Assembly (NCBI GenBank): GCA_040882605.1
Contig: JBBEAY010000023.1
Location: forward strand, 76,786-140,785
Direction: 5' to 3'
Source: Actinomycetota bacterium
GTDB lineage: Bacteria > Actinomycetota > UBA4738 > HRBIN12
Length of the DNA: 64,000 bases
The notes under the pieces were generated by a model. The model searched no databases and had not been told where the DNA came from. It saw nothing but the letters and a program-made list of their open reading frames with translations. This document shows, piece by piece, positions 35,524-43,072 of this stretch (positions are counted from its first letter, which is position 1; every line of letters begins with the position of its first letter). Both the position numbers and the translations under genes were made by a program.

Positions 35524-36192
35524 ATGGGTCGGACACCTCCACTGAGGATCATGCTCGTGGACGACCACGAGATCGTGCGTGACGGCATCAAGGCGATGCT
35601 CGATACCCAGGACGACGTGATCGTCACCGCGCAAGCCGGCACCGTGCAAGAGGCGATCGACGAGGCCCAACGCACGCGCCCCGATGTCGTGGTGATGGAC
35701 GTGCGGCTCGCCGATGGAAGCGGCATCGAGGCGACCCGCGAGATCCGCGCGAATCATCCCGAGACCCGCGTGCTGATGCTGACGTCGTTCGCCGACGACG
35801 AGGCGCTGTTCGCCTCGATCATGGCGGGCGCGTCCGGCTACGTGCTGAAGCAGGTTCGCTCCGACGACCTCCTGCGTGCGATCCGTTCGGTGGGTGCAGG
35901 GGACAGCCTGCTCGATCCGAGCGTCACCAGCGCCGTGCTGGACCGGCTGCGCAAGGGCAAGCATCTGTTGAAAGACGAGAAGCTCGCACGGCTCTCTCCG
36001 CAGGAGGAGCGGATCCTCACGCTGATCGCCGACGGAGGGACGAACAGGGAGATCGGCGAGGAGCTCCGCCTCGCCGAGAAGACCGTCAAGAACTACGTCA
36101 GCTCGATCCTGTCCAAGCTCGAGGTGGCCAGACGCGCCGAAGCCGCCGCGTACCTGGCCAGCCACACCACGCTTCCCGGCACCTTCGAGTAG
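35524..36192 (+). CDS. NarL/LuxR-family response regulator (DevR/DosR-like)
   Basis: Receiver domain (LRIMLVDDHEIVRDG ... VVVMDVRLADGSG ... VLMLTSF) and a C-terminal HTH (LSPQEERILTLIADGGTNREIGEELRLAEKTVKNYVSSILSKL). Confidence 0.93.
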   Translation: MGRTPPLRIMLVDDHEIVRDGIKAMLDTQDDVIVTAQAGTVQEAIDEAQRTRPDVVVMDVRLADGSGIEATREIRANHPETRVLMLTSFADDEALFASIMAGASGYVLKQVRSDDLLRAIRSVGAGDSLLDPSVTSAVLDRLRKGKHLLKDEKLARLSPQEERILTLIADGGTNREIGEELRLAEKTVKNYVSSILSKLEVARRAEAAAYLASHTTLPGTFE

Positions 36193-36328
36193 CTCCCTGC
36201 GCGGTCCGAAGGTCCTGCGCCGACCTAGGCAAGTCCTGCCCAGGAAGGGTCGTCCGACCGGTGCCGCCGCCTCCCACCTCGCACATGCTGCGGGTATGGA
36301 TATGGACACAGAAAGGGAGGTGGGAACG

Positions 36329-36946
36329 ATGCAGACGACGCGGGACGTGACCGCGGTCGAGATGCCCCCGATGGAGCGGCTGGAGCCGATCCACACCAAG
36401 GGGTTGCAGCGGGTCTTCGGGTTCCTGCGGGTGGCGATGGGATGGACGTTCCTCTGGGCGTTCGTCGACAAGCTGTTCGGGCTTGGGTTCGCCACTGGCC
36501 GCGACGCCGAGACCGGCGCGATCGTGTTCGGCAGCGCCGACGCATGGGTCAACGGTGGGTCTCCGACCGCCGGTGTCCTCGGCTTCGCGCTCAAGGGCCC
36601 GTTCAAGGGCTTCTACGAGACGATCACTGGGGCGCAGATGGGTGCCGCAGGCCCGATGGCCGCAGGCTGGGTCGACTGGGTGTTCATGCTCTCGATGCTG
36701 GGGATCGGCCTCGCGCTGATCCTGGGGATCGGTGTCAGGCTCGCCGCCCTCGGCGGCATCGCGTGGATGGCGATCTTCTACACCGCCACGGCGATCTGGC
36801 CCGACAACAACCCGATCCTCGACAATCACATCATCGAGGCAGGCGTGTTGACGGGGCTGTTCCTGGCCAACGCGGGCCGCTACTACGGGCTCGGCAAGGC
36901 CTGGCAGGGCCTGGGGTTCGTCAAGGATCGGAAGTACCTGTACTGA
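36329..36946 (+). CDS. DoxX/DoxD-like membrane protein
   Basis: AGGGAGG RBS 8 nt before the ATG at 36329. It has 4 TM helices with a DoxX-like pattern (FGFLRVAMGWTFLWAFVDK ... LGGIAWMAIFY). Confidence 0.72.
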   Translation: MQTTRDVTAVEMPPMERLEPIHTKGLQRVFGFLRVAMGWTFLWAFVDKLFGLGFATGRDAETGAIVFGSADAWVNGGSPTAGVLGFALKGPFKGFYETITGAQMGAAGPMAAGWVDWVFMLSMLGIGLALILGIGVRLAALGGIAWMAIFYTATAIWPDNNPILDNHIIEAGVLTGLFLANAGRYYGLGKAWQGLGFVKDRKYLY

Positions 36947-36964
36947 GATCCGTCGAACGGACCG

Positions 36965-36991
36965 AAGGGCGGGGCCTGAGGCCCCGCCCTT
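36965..36991 (+). terminator. 12-bp perfect hairpin after the DoxX-like gene
   Basis: AAGGGCGGGGCC-TGA-GGCCCCGCCCTT. Confidence 0.5.
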
Positions 36992-37022
36992 CACCGCGTG
37001 CCGGTGGCGAACCAGAGGAGGC

Positions 37023-37115
37023 ATGATGGCGAAGCTGAGGTTCGACGTCTCGACGTCGTCCAGCACCGAGGTCGTCGAGGAGTCGCTCGACAAATGGGCA
37101 GTCCCGATCGACTGA
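37023..37115 (+). CDS. candidate 30-aa micro-ORF preceding the NnrS-like gene
   Basis: A strong GAGGAGG RBS lies 2-5 nt before ATGATG. The sequence is MMAKLRFDVSTSSSTEVVEESLDKWAVPID. The stop TGA at 37113-37115 is followed one nt later by the GTG of the next gene. Confidence 0.4.
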   Translation: MMAKLRFDVSTSSSTEVVEESLDKWAVPID

Positions 37116-37116
37116 C

Positions 37117-38346
37117 GTGCGGCCGAGGATGACCACCGCCGTGTACCAGACGGTTGCGCGCGCCTGGCTGACGCTTGCCGGGGTCTCGCTCCTGCTCCCT
37201 CCCGAACGGCGGGTGGGCATCTGGCTGCCGCTTCACTTGACGCTCGCGGGCGCCGTGACGACCGCCATCTCGGGAGCGATGCAGAACTTCATGCTTGCAC
37301 TCACCGCGACACCGGCGCCCCCCGCCGGGGTGAGCTGGGCGCAGCTCGGCCTGGTCGTGGTGGGTACGACCTCGATCGTCGTCGGGGTGCCCTTCTCGAT
37401 CCCCTGGCTCGTGGTCGTCGGCGGGACCGCGTTCGTCGCGGCGACCGGGATCCTCGCGTGGATGCTGTGGCGCTCGTGGGGGCGCGCCCTGAACAAGCGG
37501 CACGCCTTACCGATGGCCGCCTACGGGGCGGCAGTGCTGGCCGCGTTGATCGGCGGAACGCTCGGTGCGTTGCTCGGGAGTCACAGCGTCGCCGGCGCGA
37601 CGTACGTGCACGTGAGGCGAGCGCACATGACGCTCAACGTGCTCGGCTTCGCGTCCCTCACCGTGGTCGGGACGCTCGTGACGCTGTTGCCGACCGTCCT
37701 GCGCGTGCGCATGCCTCGCTGGAGAGGTCAGGTCGCAATGGCGCTGTTCGTCGGCGGGCTGCTCATGCAGCTCCTCGGTTGGGGTCTGGACCTCACGCCG
37801 ATGCTCGCCGCGGGCGGCATCGCCTACGCGGCCGGATCGCTCAGCCTCGCCTGGCTCGTCATCTCGGTGCTCCGCGTCGAACGTCGATGGAAGGCGCCGT
37901 TGGCGGCCCTGCACATGGTGGCGGCGGCCGCCTGGTTCGTATCGGGGTCGTTGGCGTTCGCCTGGGCACTGATGCATGGACCCGAGGGGTTCGATGCCTT
38001 CCGCTCGAACTTCCTCGTCGCGTTCGTCGGGGGCTGGCTCATCCAGGTGCTGCTCGGCGCCTGGTCGTACCTGCTGCCGAACGCGAGACCGGCGCATCCG
38101 GACATGCGACGGCGCTGGCTTGCGGCGTTCGAGATGGCGGCGCCGTTGCAACTGATCCTGCTCAACGCCGGGCTCGTGCTGATGGCGTTGCGGGGTGCAG
38201 GCTGGGCGAGCCACGAGATCGGCGACGCCGGCGTGCTCCTGGCGTTCACCGGCGCGGGCCTGGCGCTCGCCAAGGCATGGTTCTTCCCGCTGTTGGGCCT
38301 CGGGCCGGTGGACTCGGACCGCGCGCGAGCCATCTGGGGCGGGTGA
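37117..38346 (+). CDS. polytopic membrane protein, NnrS-like; paralogue of 14590-15834
   Basis: Contains WLPLHLTLAG and AHMTLNVLGFASLTVVGTLVTLLPT, with 11-12 predicted TM helices. Confidence 0.75.
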   Translation: MRPRMTTAVYQTVARAWLTLAGVSLLLPPERRVGIWLPLHLTLAGAVTTAISGAMQNFMLALTATPAPPAGVSWAQLGLVVVGTTSIVVGVPFSIPWLVVVGGTAFVAATGILAWMLWRSWGRALNKRHALPMAAYGAAVLAALIGGTLGALLGSHSVAGATYVHVRRAHMTLNVLGFASLTVVGTLVTLLPTVLRVRMPRWRGQVAMALFVGGLLMQLLGWGLDLTPMLAAGGIAYAAGSLSLAWLVISVLRVERRWKAPLAALHMVAAAAWFVSGSLAFAWALMHGPEGFDAFRSNFLVAFVGGWLIQVLLGAWSYLLPNARPAHPDMRRRWLAAFEMAAPLQLILLNAGLVLMALRGAGWASHEIGDAGVLLAFTGAGLALAKAWFFPLLGLGPVDSDRARAIWGG

Positions 38347-38366
38347 CCCCGGCGCTACCTGGGGCT

Positions 38367-38810
38367 CTAGTCCGGATCCCGCCGGGAGGAATGACGGGCC
38401 GCCTCGGCCAGGCCGTTGTCACGGATGTCGGCCAAGGTGATCGAGCCCATCACCGACTGCAAGCCCGGCTTGATCTCCGCCCACTGGAAGTGCAAGGGAC
38501 ACGGGTTCTGCGGTTCGCATTCTTCGCGCCAGAAGATACATGTCTCCCAGATGACGTCGTTGCCCTCGACGGCGGCGAGGATCTCGCTCAGCGACACGAT
38601 CGTGGCCTCGCGGTCGAGCCGATAGCCGCGGCCGCGCACCGAGGAGATCACTCCGCCGCTCGCGAGCCGCCGCATGATCTTGGAAAGGAACGGCGCGGGC
38701 AGGTCTGCCTCGGCGGCGAGTTCCCTCGCCTCGACGAGCTCCCCGGGCGGACGAGTGGCGAGCGCGCTGAGCGCCTCGATGGCGTAGCGGCTCTCTCGTG
38801 ACAGGCGCAT
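38367..38810 (-). CDS. Rrf2-family transcriptional regulator with three-Cys cluster motif (NsrR/IscR-like)
   Basis: MRLSRESRYAIEALSALA..., a wHTH region, and the Cys triad CIFWREECEPQNPC. Confidence 0.9.
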   Translation of the reverse strand: MRLSRESRYAIEALSALATRPPGELVEARELAAEADLPAPFLSKIMRRLASGGVISSVRGRGYRLDREATIVSLSEILAAVEGNDVIWETCIFWREECEPQNPCPLHFQWAEIKPGLQSVMGSITLADIRDNGLAEAARHSSRRDPD

Positions 38811-38858
38811 GTGTCGTCTCTCTCGCTGGTGGGCGTGCCGATCGACGCCCCTTCCTTC

Positions 38859-39707
38859 CTATAGATCCATCCGCGGCAGCGCCCATCGTGCCACAAGCAG
38901 CGGGAGGACGGTCCACGCGACCAAGTCCCCGACGAGCAGGATCACCGTCCCCACCGCGCCGAACGTGGCGATCAGGTACGCGCCGAACGGCCCGAGCGCC
39001 GTGCCCTGGAAGTTCGTGCCGAGCAGGGCGAGGATGCGACCGGCCTCGAGCGGGTTCAGCAGGATCGCGCCGAGCAGCCCCGAGGGGCCCATGTGCACGC
39101 TCGGCGCCAGCGCCGCGAGCGCGAGATCCACGCCGAGCGAGAACAGGATCCAGAGCGCCACGGCCACCGACACAGCCTGGACGCGGCTGCCGACCAGGGA
39201 AGAGATCGCGACGCCGATCGCCACGCTCGCGGCAGCCACGCCGAGCGTCGCACCGATCAGGGTCATCAGGGCCGGCACGTCGCCGCTCTTGGCGACCCCC
39301 GCCATGATCAGCAAGGCGGATCCGAACCCGATCCCCAGGGTCGTCCAGAGTGAACCGGTGAGCCCGAGGAACGCGCCCGTTGCGACCTGGGACCGCCGGA
39401 GCGGCTGCGCGCAGATCATCGCGAGCATGCCCTGCTCTCGCGCACCGACGAGCGACCCGGCGCCGAGCAGCAGCCCCATCAGAGATGGCAGCAGGACGCC
39501 CAGGTTCACCAGGGTCGCCGACGCGGGGCCGATTCCCGAGAGCCCCAGCTCGCGCACGGTTCGGAACGCGAGCAGCGTCACGACCACGCAGAGGACGCCG
39601 AAGACGGCGGCCATCGTGAGAACCCAGCGGGCCCGCACCGAGCTGCGGTACTCCCACGACGCGATCACGCGGGTCGGTCCGGGCGTCGACGACGCGCTCA
39701 TGAGCAT
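38859..39707 (-). CDS. nosY: ABC-2 type permease, NosY-like
   Basis: 6-TM ABC-2 permease directly downstream of, and overlapping, the NosF-like ATPase gene within the nos cluster. Confidence 0.8.
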   Translation of the reverse strand: MLMSASSTPGPTRVIASWEYRSSVRARWVLTMAAVFGVLCVVVTLLAFRTVRELGLSGIGPASATLVNLGVLLPSLMGLLLGAGSLVGAREQGMLAMICAQPLRRSQVATGAFLGLTGSLWTTLGIGFGSALLIMAGVAKSGDVPALMTLIGATLGVAAASVAIGVAISSLVGSRVQAVSVAVALWILFSLGVDLALAALAPSVHMGPSGLLGAILLNPLEAGRILALLGTNFQGTALGPFGAYLIATFGAVGTVILLVGDLVAWTVLPLLVARWALPRMDL

Positions 39708-40414
39708 GCCTCCAGGGATCCGTCGGCGCAGGGCGTCGCCGCTTCCGCCAGCCGTTGCACCGTGAGTTCCTCCTCGAGCACGAGTCGGCCGTCGTCGACG
39801 TGCAGCGCCCGGTCCGCGACCCCCCGCAGCTCCGAGGGGGAGGGACTCGACACGATCGAGGTGACGCCTTCACGGTCCCGCAGGGTCTGCAGCATCGTCC
39901 AGAACTCCGCCCGCCCACTCTCGTCGAGGGACGCGGCGGGCTCGTCGAGCAGGAGCAGTTTCGGGCGACCGAGCAGCGCGACCGCCAGGGACACCCGGTG
40001 TCGCTGACCTCCGGAGAGCATGCCGATCAGGTCGCTGTCGGGCCGCACGAACCCCTCGGGCAGCGGGACGTCGTCCCGGTCGGCCCTTCGCAGCGCCGCG
40101 AAGAAGTCGAGGACCTCGCCGATCGTCGAGGCCTCGGGCATCGACACGCTCTGCGGGAGGAACCCGATGATTCGGCGCGAACCGGGTCGGGCATCGAGGA
40201 CCTCGCCGTCGAGACGAGCCGTCCCGTCGAACCGCGACAGCCCGGCGAGACACTTCAGGAGCGTGCTCTTGCCGCTGCCGTTGGGTCCGCCGAGCGCAAC
40301 GATCACGCCGGGCGGAAGGGAGAAGCTCACGTCGTGCAGACCCCACCCGCCGCGGTACGCCTTGGTCAGGTGCTCCACCTCGAGCAACGCCTGGGCCCGC
40401 GCGAACTCAGGCAC
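39698..40414 (-). CDS. nosF: ABC transporter ATP-binding protein, NosF-like
   Basis: Walker A GPNGSGKST, signature LSGGQRHR and Walker B LLLLDEP. The GTG at 40414 overlaps the nosD stop by 8 nt (the ORF opens at 40447). Confidence 0.88.
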   Translation of the reverse strand: MPEFARAQALLEVEHLTKAYRGGWGLHDVSFSLPPGVIVALGGPNGSGKSTLLKCLAGLSRFDGTARLDGEVLDARPGSRRIIGFLPQSVSMPEASTIGEVLDFFAALRRADRDDVPLPEGFVRPDSDLIGMLSGGQRHRVSLAVALLGRPKLLLLDEPAASLDESGRAEFWTMLQTLRDREGVTSIVSSPSPSELRGVADRALHVDDGRLVLEEELTVQRLAEAATPCADGSLEACS

Positions 40415-41909
40415 CGGCCATCGCCACTCTCCGCGGCCGGCGCGCACGCATCAGGAGCCAGGCGCATCCTGCCGTCATCAACAGCCCCGGGATCCACAAG
40501 GGCACCAGGCCGCCTTCTGGGTCGCCCCGCAGCGCCGGCCCCCGCGAAGCCATGAGCGGCACCTCGTCGCGGACGATGGTCTCGATCGGCGACCACTTGT
40601 CCTCGACCGAGGACAGCAGGCGGAACGCCGGGCCTGACTCGAGCGCCTGCAGGATCGGCTCCTCGGCCACGAGCTGGCTCATCCGCCCGCTCTCCACGTG
40701 GGCGAGGTCGCCGGTGCCGTCGCCGGCGGCGTCGAACCCGCTGTAGTCGCTCCAGTAGTTGCCGATGCCTTCCTCGGACCATTCGACCTGCGCGTATCCC
40801 TCTCCTCCCAGCGTCACCTGGGTGGAGTTCTCGACGAACCCGTTTCCCGTGAAGACGGCATCAGCTGACGGGTAGAGGAGGACGCCGATCTGATTCATCG
40901 CGATCGTGTTGTCGATGAGTCGGGTGGGAGCTCCTCCCGTGCGGCCAGCGTCATCGATGTGCAGCCCCACCCGGTTGTCGGCGATCACGTTGCGGGTCAG
41001 CGTGACGTCGCCGGCGTCCTTGACGAGCACGCCGAACCCGGTCGAGGCGCTCCCCGACTCGAGGATCGTGTTGTCGGACATCTCGACCGGCCCGCCGTAC
41101 ATCAGCACGACGCCTGACAGGTTTCCACGCAGCGTCTGGCGCCGGATCGCGAGGTCCTCCGAATACATGTCATGGATCGCATAGCGGCTGTCGTGCACCG
41201 TGTTGTTGTCCAGTGTCGCTCCCGTGCCGTAGGACAGGTAGATACCGTCGCGGACCGTATCGATCGTGGAATCGCGCACCAAGGCGTCGATGGTGTTCCA
41301 CAGCCAGATCCCGTCGCCGCGGATCTGCGCGGCGGGGGCCACGTCTCCCACGTCATGTCCGGCGTGCTCGCCGGTGTCGACTACGTGCAGCTCACCGGTG
41401 ATCATGCCCTCCCCGAGGATCGATGCGTCGTCGATCACCACGTCTGCGGAGCCGCGCACGGTGATGCCGATGTAGCAGTCCTGCACGTCGACGTCCTCGA
41501 TCACCGCCCGGTCGGCCTCGTTGATCATCACACCCGACGGTGTCCCGACGGGCCCCCGCCCCGAGTCGCGGATCGAGAAGCCCCGCACCGTCACGTCGGG
41601 CGCCACGACCCTGAGCACCGAACCCATGCCGGCGCCGTCGAGGATCGGCCGGCCCTGCCCGACGAGCGTGAGCGGCCGGTCGATGCGGATCTGCCCCACG
41701 TACACGGCCTCGGGAACCTCCACCATCGATCCCGGCTCCGCGTCATCGATCATGGCCTGGAGGTGCTCGGCGGGCATCGAGACCATCCCGTTGGGCGTGG
41801 TCGTCAGGTCCCCCATGTCGTGCCCGGCCCCGTCGGTCGCGCCCGCACCGACGGGGAGCGAAAGTGCCGCCGCCAGGAACAGCACCGCCAGCGCATGGAT
41901 CGGCCTCAT
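40407..41909 (-). CDS. nosD: periplasmic right-handed beta-helix copper-binding protein NosD
   Basis: Signal peptide MRPIHALAVLFLAAALSLPVGAGA, repeated parallel-beta-helix segments (NxxxxNxxGI-type), and a C-terminal TM helix. The start overlaps the upstream stop (ATGA). Confidence 0.88.
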   Translation of the reverse strand: MRPIHALAVLFLAAALSLPVGAGATDGAGHDMGDLTTTPNGMVSMPAEHLQAMIDDAEPGSMVEVPEAVYVGQIRIDRPLTLVGQGRPILDGAGMGSVLRVVAPDVTVRGFSIRDSGRGPVGTPSGVMINEADRAVIEDVDVQDCYIGITVRGSADVVIDDASILGEGMITGELHVVDTGEHAGHDVGDVAPAAQIRGDGIWLWNTIDALVRDSTIDTVRDGIYLSYGTGATLDNNTVHDSRYAIHDMYSEDLAIRRQTLRGNLSGVVLMYGGPVEMSDNTILESGSASTGFGVLVKDAGDVTLTRNVIADNRVGLHIDDAGRTGGAPTRLIDNTIAMNQIGVLLYPSADAVFTGNGFVENSTQVTLGGEGYAQVEWSEEGIGNYWSDYSGFDAAGDGTGDLAHVESGRMSQLVAEEPILQALESGPAFRLLSSVEDKWSPIETIVRDEVPLMASRGPALRGDPEGGLVPLWIPGLLMTAGCAWLLMRARRPRRVAMAGA

Positions 41910-42553
41910 GCTCGGCTCGACTCCTTCGGCTCCCACACCACGATGGGGCGATGGATCCACCATCCTCGCGCACGGTGAGCGAGCGGTACCGCGAACGAGA
42001 GCAGGAGCGCCGCCCCGAACAGGCACCAGAGCGCGGGCCCCGGGTACGACCAGGTCGTGAAGTTGAGCACCTTGGTCGGACCCACCACAAGGGGGGTGAA
42101 CGGGTCGAGGCGGATCGCTGCGTCGCCGGTCACGCTGTGCCCGTACTGCCACAGCCGGAACTGCACGTCCGCCAGGGCCCCGATCGGGATCGACCAGAGC
42201 CCGAGCCGCGCGAGCCGCGCGAGGAGGTAGCCACGTGACAGGGCCGTCGCGACCGCGACCGCGGTCAGCCCGAGCAGGATCACCGGCCCCCACAGCTTCA
42301 TCTCGGCAGCGTCGGCATCGGTGAACGCCTGCATCCCCACGTAGTGGTTGAGCTCGTTGATCTCACGGATGTCGCCCTCCACGCCGTGCCCGTAGGCGGT
42401 CAGGGACAGTCCTGCCGGATACTGCGGCGCCGAGAGCCGGGCCTCCCAGATCGGCAGGCGCCAGGCGAGGATGACGAGGACGGCGGCGGCCACACCCAGC
42501 CCGATCCGGATCAACCTCGGCCCGATCTCGGTGCGGGTCCGCTCGGCCGCCAT
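41906..42553 (-). CDS. 4-TM membrane protein, NosB-like
   Basis: It sits between the nosZ/cupredoxin genes and nosD. It has an external loop LSAPQYPAGLSLTAYGHGVEGDIREINELNHYVGMQ. The assignment rests on position and on my recollection of clade II nos clusters. Confidence 0.6.
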   Translation of the reverse strand: MAAERTRTEIGPRLIRIGLGVAAAVLVILAWRLPIWEARLSAPQYPAGLSLTAYGHGVEGDIREINELNHYVGMQAFTDADAAEMKLWGPVILLGLTAVAVATALSRGYLLARLARLGLWSIPIGALADVQFRLWQYGHSVTGDAAIRLDPFTPLVVGPTKVLNFTTWSYPGPALWCLFGAALLLSFAVPLAHRARGWWIHRPIVVWEPKESSRA

Positions 42554-42572
42554 CCTCGGTCACCTCTTGCCG

Positions 42573-43040
42573 CTACTGCACCGTGAGCGTGCCGACCATC
42601 GAGGTCGTGTGCACCACGCAGTCGTAGGTGTAGGTCCCCGCGGCGAGGGCCGGGATCTCGTAGTCGGTTTCAGCCGGCCCTGTGGTCACCGCGTCGTCGG
42701 CCGGCGCGAACACCGGCGTCCCGCTGTTGTCCGTGCCCTCGAAGATCTGCACGTTGTGCGGGATCCCCGGGTCGTCGTTCACGAAGTGGATCGTGAACGA
42801 CGTGTCGGCCGTCGCCGTGATCGCGGTCTCGGCGAAGCCGGTGGTCGCCGAGTTCGCCGGTGCCGTCAGCGCGATCGCGTCGGTCGCCGCGGGGGCGCTC
42901 GACGTGTCGGTCGCCGCGGGGGCGCTCGACGTGTCGGTCACCGTCGAGCCGCCGCCCCCGCCGCAAGCGGCGAACACGAGGACCGCGACCGCCGCAAGGG
43001 CGGTGAGGGCGGTGAGGTGGTTTATCCGGTGGGTGCGCAT
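42573..43040 (-). CDS. lipoprotein cupredoxin (type-1 blue copper protein)
   Basis: Lipobox LVFAACGG, a low-complexity linker, and ligands HNVQ ... CVVHTTSM. 155 aa, taken from the internal ATG of the 42573-43772 ORF. Confidence 0.85.
   Translation of the reverse strand: MRTHRINHLTALTALAAVAVLVFAACGGGGGSTVTDTSSAPAATDTSSAPAATDAIALTAPANSATTGFAETAITATADTSFTIHFVNDDPGIPHNVQIFEGTDNSGTPVFAPADDAVTTGPAETDYEIPALAAGTYTYDCVVHTTSMVGTLTVQ
42879..42932. repeat. perfect 27-bp tandem duplication inside the cupredoxin linker (encodes TDTSSAPAA twice)
   Basis: GTCGGTCGCCGCGGGGGCGCTCGACGT occurs at 42879-42905 and again at 42906-42932. Confidence 0.95.
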
Positions 43041-43072
43041 AGCGATGAACTCCCTTTCTCGATCGGATGTGG

